Of a stretch of DNA of 25,419 nucleotides, positions 23,619 through 25,419 are shown one piece after another. The stretch is from the IMG/VR virus record IMGVR_UViG_3300035670_000091, one strand, 5' to 3'. This DNA comes from a virus. The notes under the pieces are model-generated. The model was not told where the DNA came from, made no database searches, and saw only the letters and a program-made list of their open reading frames with translations. The translations under genes and the position numbers were made by a program. The first letter of the stretch is position 1. Every line of letters starts with the position of its first letter.

Positions 23619-25184
23619 CTAAAACATTTTAGTGGTTAGGAAATCTATCAAACTTCCTACAGTCAAATCAACTCCACCCTTGGAGTTTATACCCTCTCCA
23701 TCCAAAATAGCATCAGCTATGTTGGACTTTTGTTTCAGCGTGTCGTACTGACGCTGTTCGATGGAGTCTTTAACAAGAATGTCTTGAATCGTAATAGTGG
23801 GCCATGTACTGGACGCACGATTGATACGACTGTTCCGCTGAACGGCAAGGCCTGCTGACCAAGGTTGGTCATAGTTGAGCAAGAGGTTCGCTTGGGGAAG
23901 GTCAACACCGTATCCTCCTGCATCTGAGCTGACGAGTACTCTGACCTTTGGGTCTGTCTGGAACGCAACTTTTGCCTCCTCTTTTTGCTTTGCATTCATT
24001 TCGCCTGTGTAAGGCCTTGCGTCGTAGCCACCTGCAGCCAGAGCTTGGACTATCTCTTCTACGGACAAAATGTAGGACGAAAAGACGACAGCCTTATACG
24101 ATGGGTCAATATCTAGGTGGTCCGACAGGTATCTGACAGCCACGTCTAACTTAGGTTTTTTATTCAGTGTCGGCAGAACGTCCGACAGTGAATGTATGTA
24201 GGAGCTACCGCCGACACCGCTATCAAAGGCATTAGCGCTCTTTTGTAGTAGTGCTGGGTTTGAGCAAAGCATACGCATAGCAGTAATCCTGGACATTACC
24301 TGCCCACGCAGTTCGTTAGCTGGGTCTCCAGGCTGATATGTCTGACCATAGTGGGCAGCTAGATTGAAGTTTGCTCCTAGGCTGTTTCTAGCCTCGAGCA
24401 ATAACTCATATAGGTCTTTGGCAATCTGGTCATACACCAGCTTGCCTGGCTTATCCATCGGCACCAAAATAGGCTCTCGGTAGATAGCGTCAGGCAAATA
24501 AGGGCGAACATCTTCATCAGTTTGAGACTTTCTAACTGAGTTAGCGACCAGAGTCCTATGTAGTAGCTCTAGGTTGCGGTATCGCTGAACGCCCCCAAAG
24601 TGGTTACGGACGATGAAGGTCTTGTCAAATAGGTCGAACCTACCCAATACTTTTGAGTCTACAAACTGCATGATGCTGTAAATCTCTTCGGGTCTTCCGT
24701 TTTCCACAGGGGTGCCTGTTAAGGCAAACCTAATAGGAATGTTTTTAGCAAGCTCTTTGACCTTCTTAGCACGCTTAGCTTTAAACCCTTTTATAGCGGT
24801 AGCTTCGTCGCAAATGATTGCTTCAAACGGAATCTGCTTGACTATCTCCCAGTCGTTAACTACTTGCTCGTAATTCATGATTACGTACATGTTGTCGCCC
24901 ATGTTTTTGTACTGTTCCTGGCGTTGCTTCGGGGTGCCGTCAATAACTAGCGCTGTCCAGTTGGTGAATTTAGCGACTTCTTTTTGCCACTGATACTTGA
25001 GAGATGCTAGGCAAAGAACTAGAGTGACAGAAGATAAATTGCCTTTGTTTCTCAGCTCTTCGATAGCAGCGATTGTCATAGGAGTCTTACCTAAGCCCAT
25101 TTCGTATGCGACAAGCACTTGCTTCTTGCGCACCATCTTGGCTACCGCATCTACTTGGTAGGGCTTTAGTTCTCCTTTAAACAT
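23619..25184 (-). CDS. SNF2-family SF2 helicase
   Basis: LKPYQ, EMGLGKT, DEAT, LTGTPVEN, GGYGVDL and QR.SRI.R motifs. Confidence 0.92.
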   Translation of the reverse strand: MFKGELKPYQVDAVAKMVRKKQVLVAYEMGLGKTPMTIAAIEELRNKGNLSSVTLVLCLASLKYQWQKEVAKFTNWTALVIDGTPKQRQEQYKNMGDNMYVIMNYEQVVNDWEIVKQIPFEAIICDEATAIKGFKAKRAKKVKELAKNIPIRFALTGTPVENGRPEEIYSIMQFVDSKVLGRFDLFDKTFIVRNHFGGVQRYRNLELLHRTLVANSVRKSQTDEDVRPYLPDAIYREPILVPMDKPGKLVYDQIAKDLYELLLEARNSLGANFNLAAHYGQTYQPGDPANELRGQVMSRITAMRMLCSNPALLQKSANAFDSGVGGSSYIHSLSDVLPTLNKKPKLDVAVRYLSDHLDIDPSYKAVVFSSYILSVEEIVQALAAGGYDARPYTGEMNAKQKEEAKVAFQTDPKVRVLVSSDAGGYGVDLPQANLLLNYDQPWSAGLAVQRNSRINRASSTWPTITIQDILVKDSIEQRQYDTLKQKSNIADAILDGEGINSKGGVDLTVGSLIDFLTTKMF

Positions 25185-25419
25185 AGGCAGCTTCTCCGTA
25201 GACAGAAGACTTGGCGTTGTAAATGCCCCAACGAATCTCTTCGTCAGTCATGTCACCTGGGTCTTTCTTTCCGCTGTCGCCGTAGTTGAAGTAAAAAGCA
25301 TTGATGCCATACTTAGTGGCTGCTTTACGGAACTCTGCGGAGGCCTTGCGGCCTGCATCATCTAGCTTTGGGTTGTCCATTGCTACTACAACACGAGACG
25401 AGGCTCGTATAAGTTTTAT
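25177..25419 (-). CDS. dnaG: DNA primase, C-terminal TOPRIM part (5' truncated)
   Basis: Frame open to the window edge: VVVAMDN...DDAG...KDPGDM. Confidence 0.75.
   Translation of the reverse strand: MKLIRASSRVVVAMDNPKLDDAGRKASAEFRKAATKYGINAFYFNYGDSGKKDPGDMTDEEIRWGIYNAKSSVYGEAAYV

Noticed and set aside
4850-24136. + strand and nested ORFs across the right arm (e.g. 5099-5530, 13249-13617, 16659-17081, 10660-11001)
   Set aside because: They overlap a continuous, translationally coupled - strand gene array and have no recognisable motifs
17724-25184. Inteins or introns in recA, polA or the helicase
   Set aside because: The ORFs are uninterrupted and of ordinary length, with no splice-junction or homing-endonuclease motifs seen

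Overview
Fragment of a large tailed dsDNA phage (or prophage), most likely infecting Actinobacteria: it has two WhiB-family genes, an actinobacterial-type NrdH and a probable leaderless promoter. The left arm (1-4638, + strand) carries small accessory genes, a pyrimidine-dimer glycosylase-family gene, WhiB, an excisionase-like HTH and a tyrosine integrase. The right arm (4840-25419, - strand) is a tightly coupled block: primase (partial), SNF2 helicase, MerR-like HTH, SSB, family A DNA polymerase, RecA, Hjc-like resolvase, WhiB, Cas4-like exonuclease, NrdH, RuvC, SpoVS, many unknown genes, and a terminal cluster of a nucleotidyltransferase, a degenerate HAD and a TGT-like protein. The most striking signals are non-coding. 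(i) Two copies of a 76-nt intergenic element fold, with a compensatory base change, into a tRNA-like acceptor/T-arm minihelix and end in a shared ATGAAAGGA ribosome-binding site. (ii) A predicted ~97-nt small RNA lies between the convergent arms, with its own promoter and terminator; its unpaired seed is the exact complement of that RBS. Together they suggest a phage sRNA/structured-leader regulatory circuit. Further structured RNA elements precede ssb and spoVS. All protein calls come from motif recognition by eye; no database searches were run.
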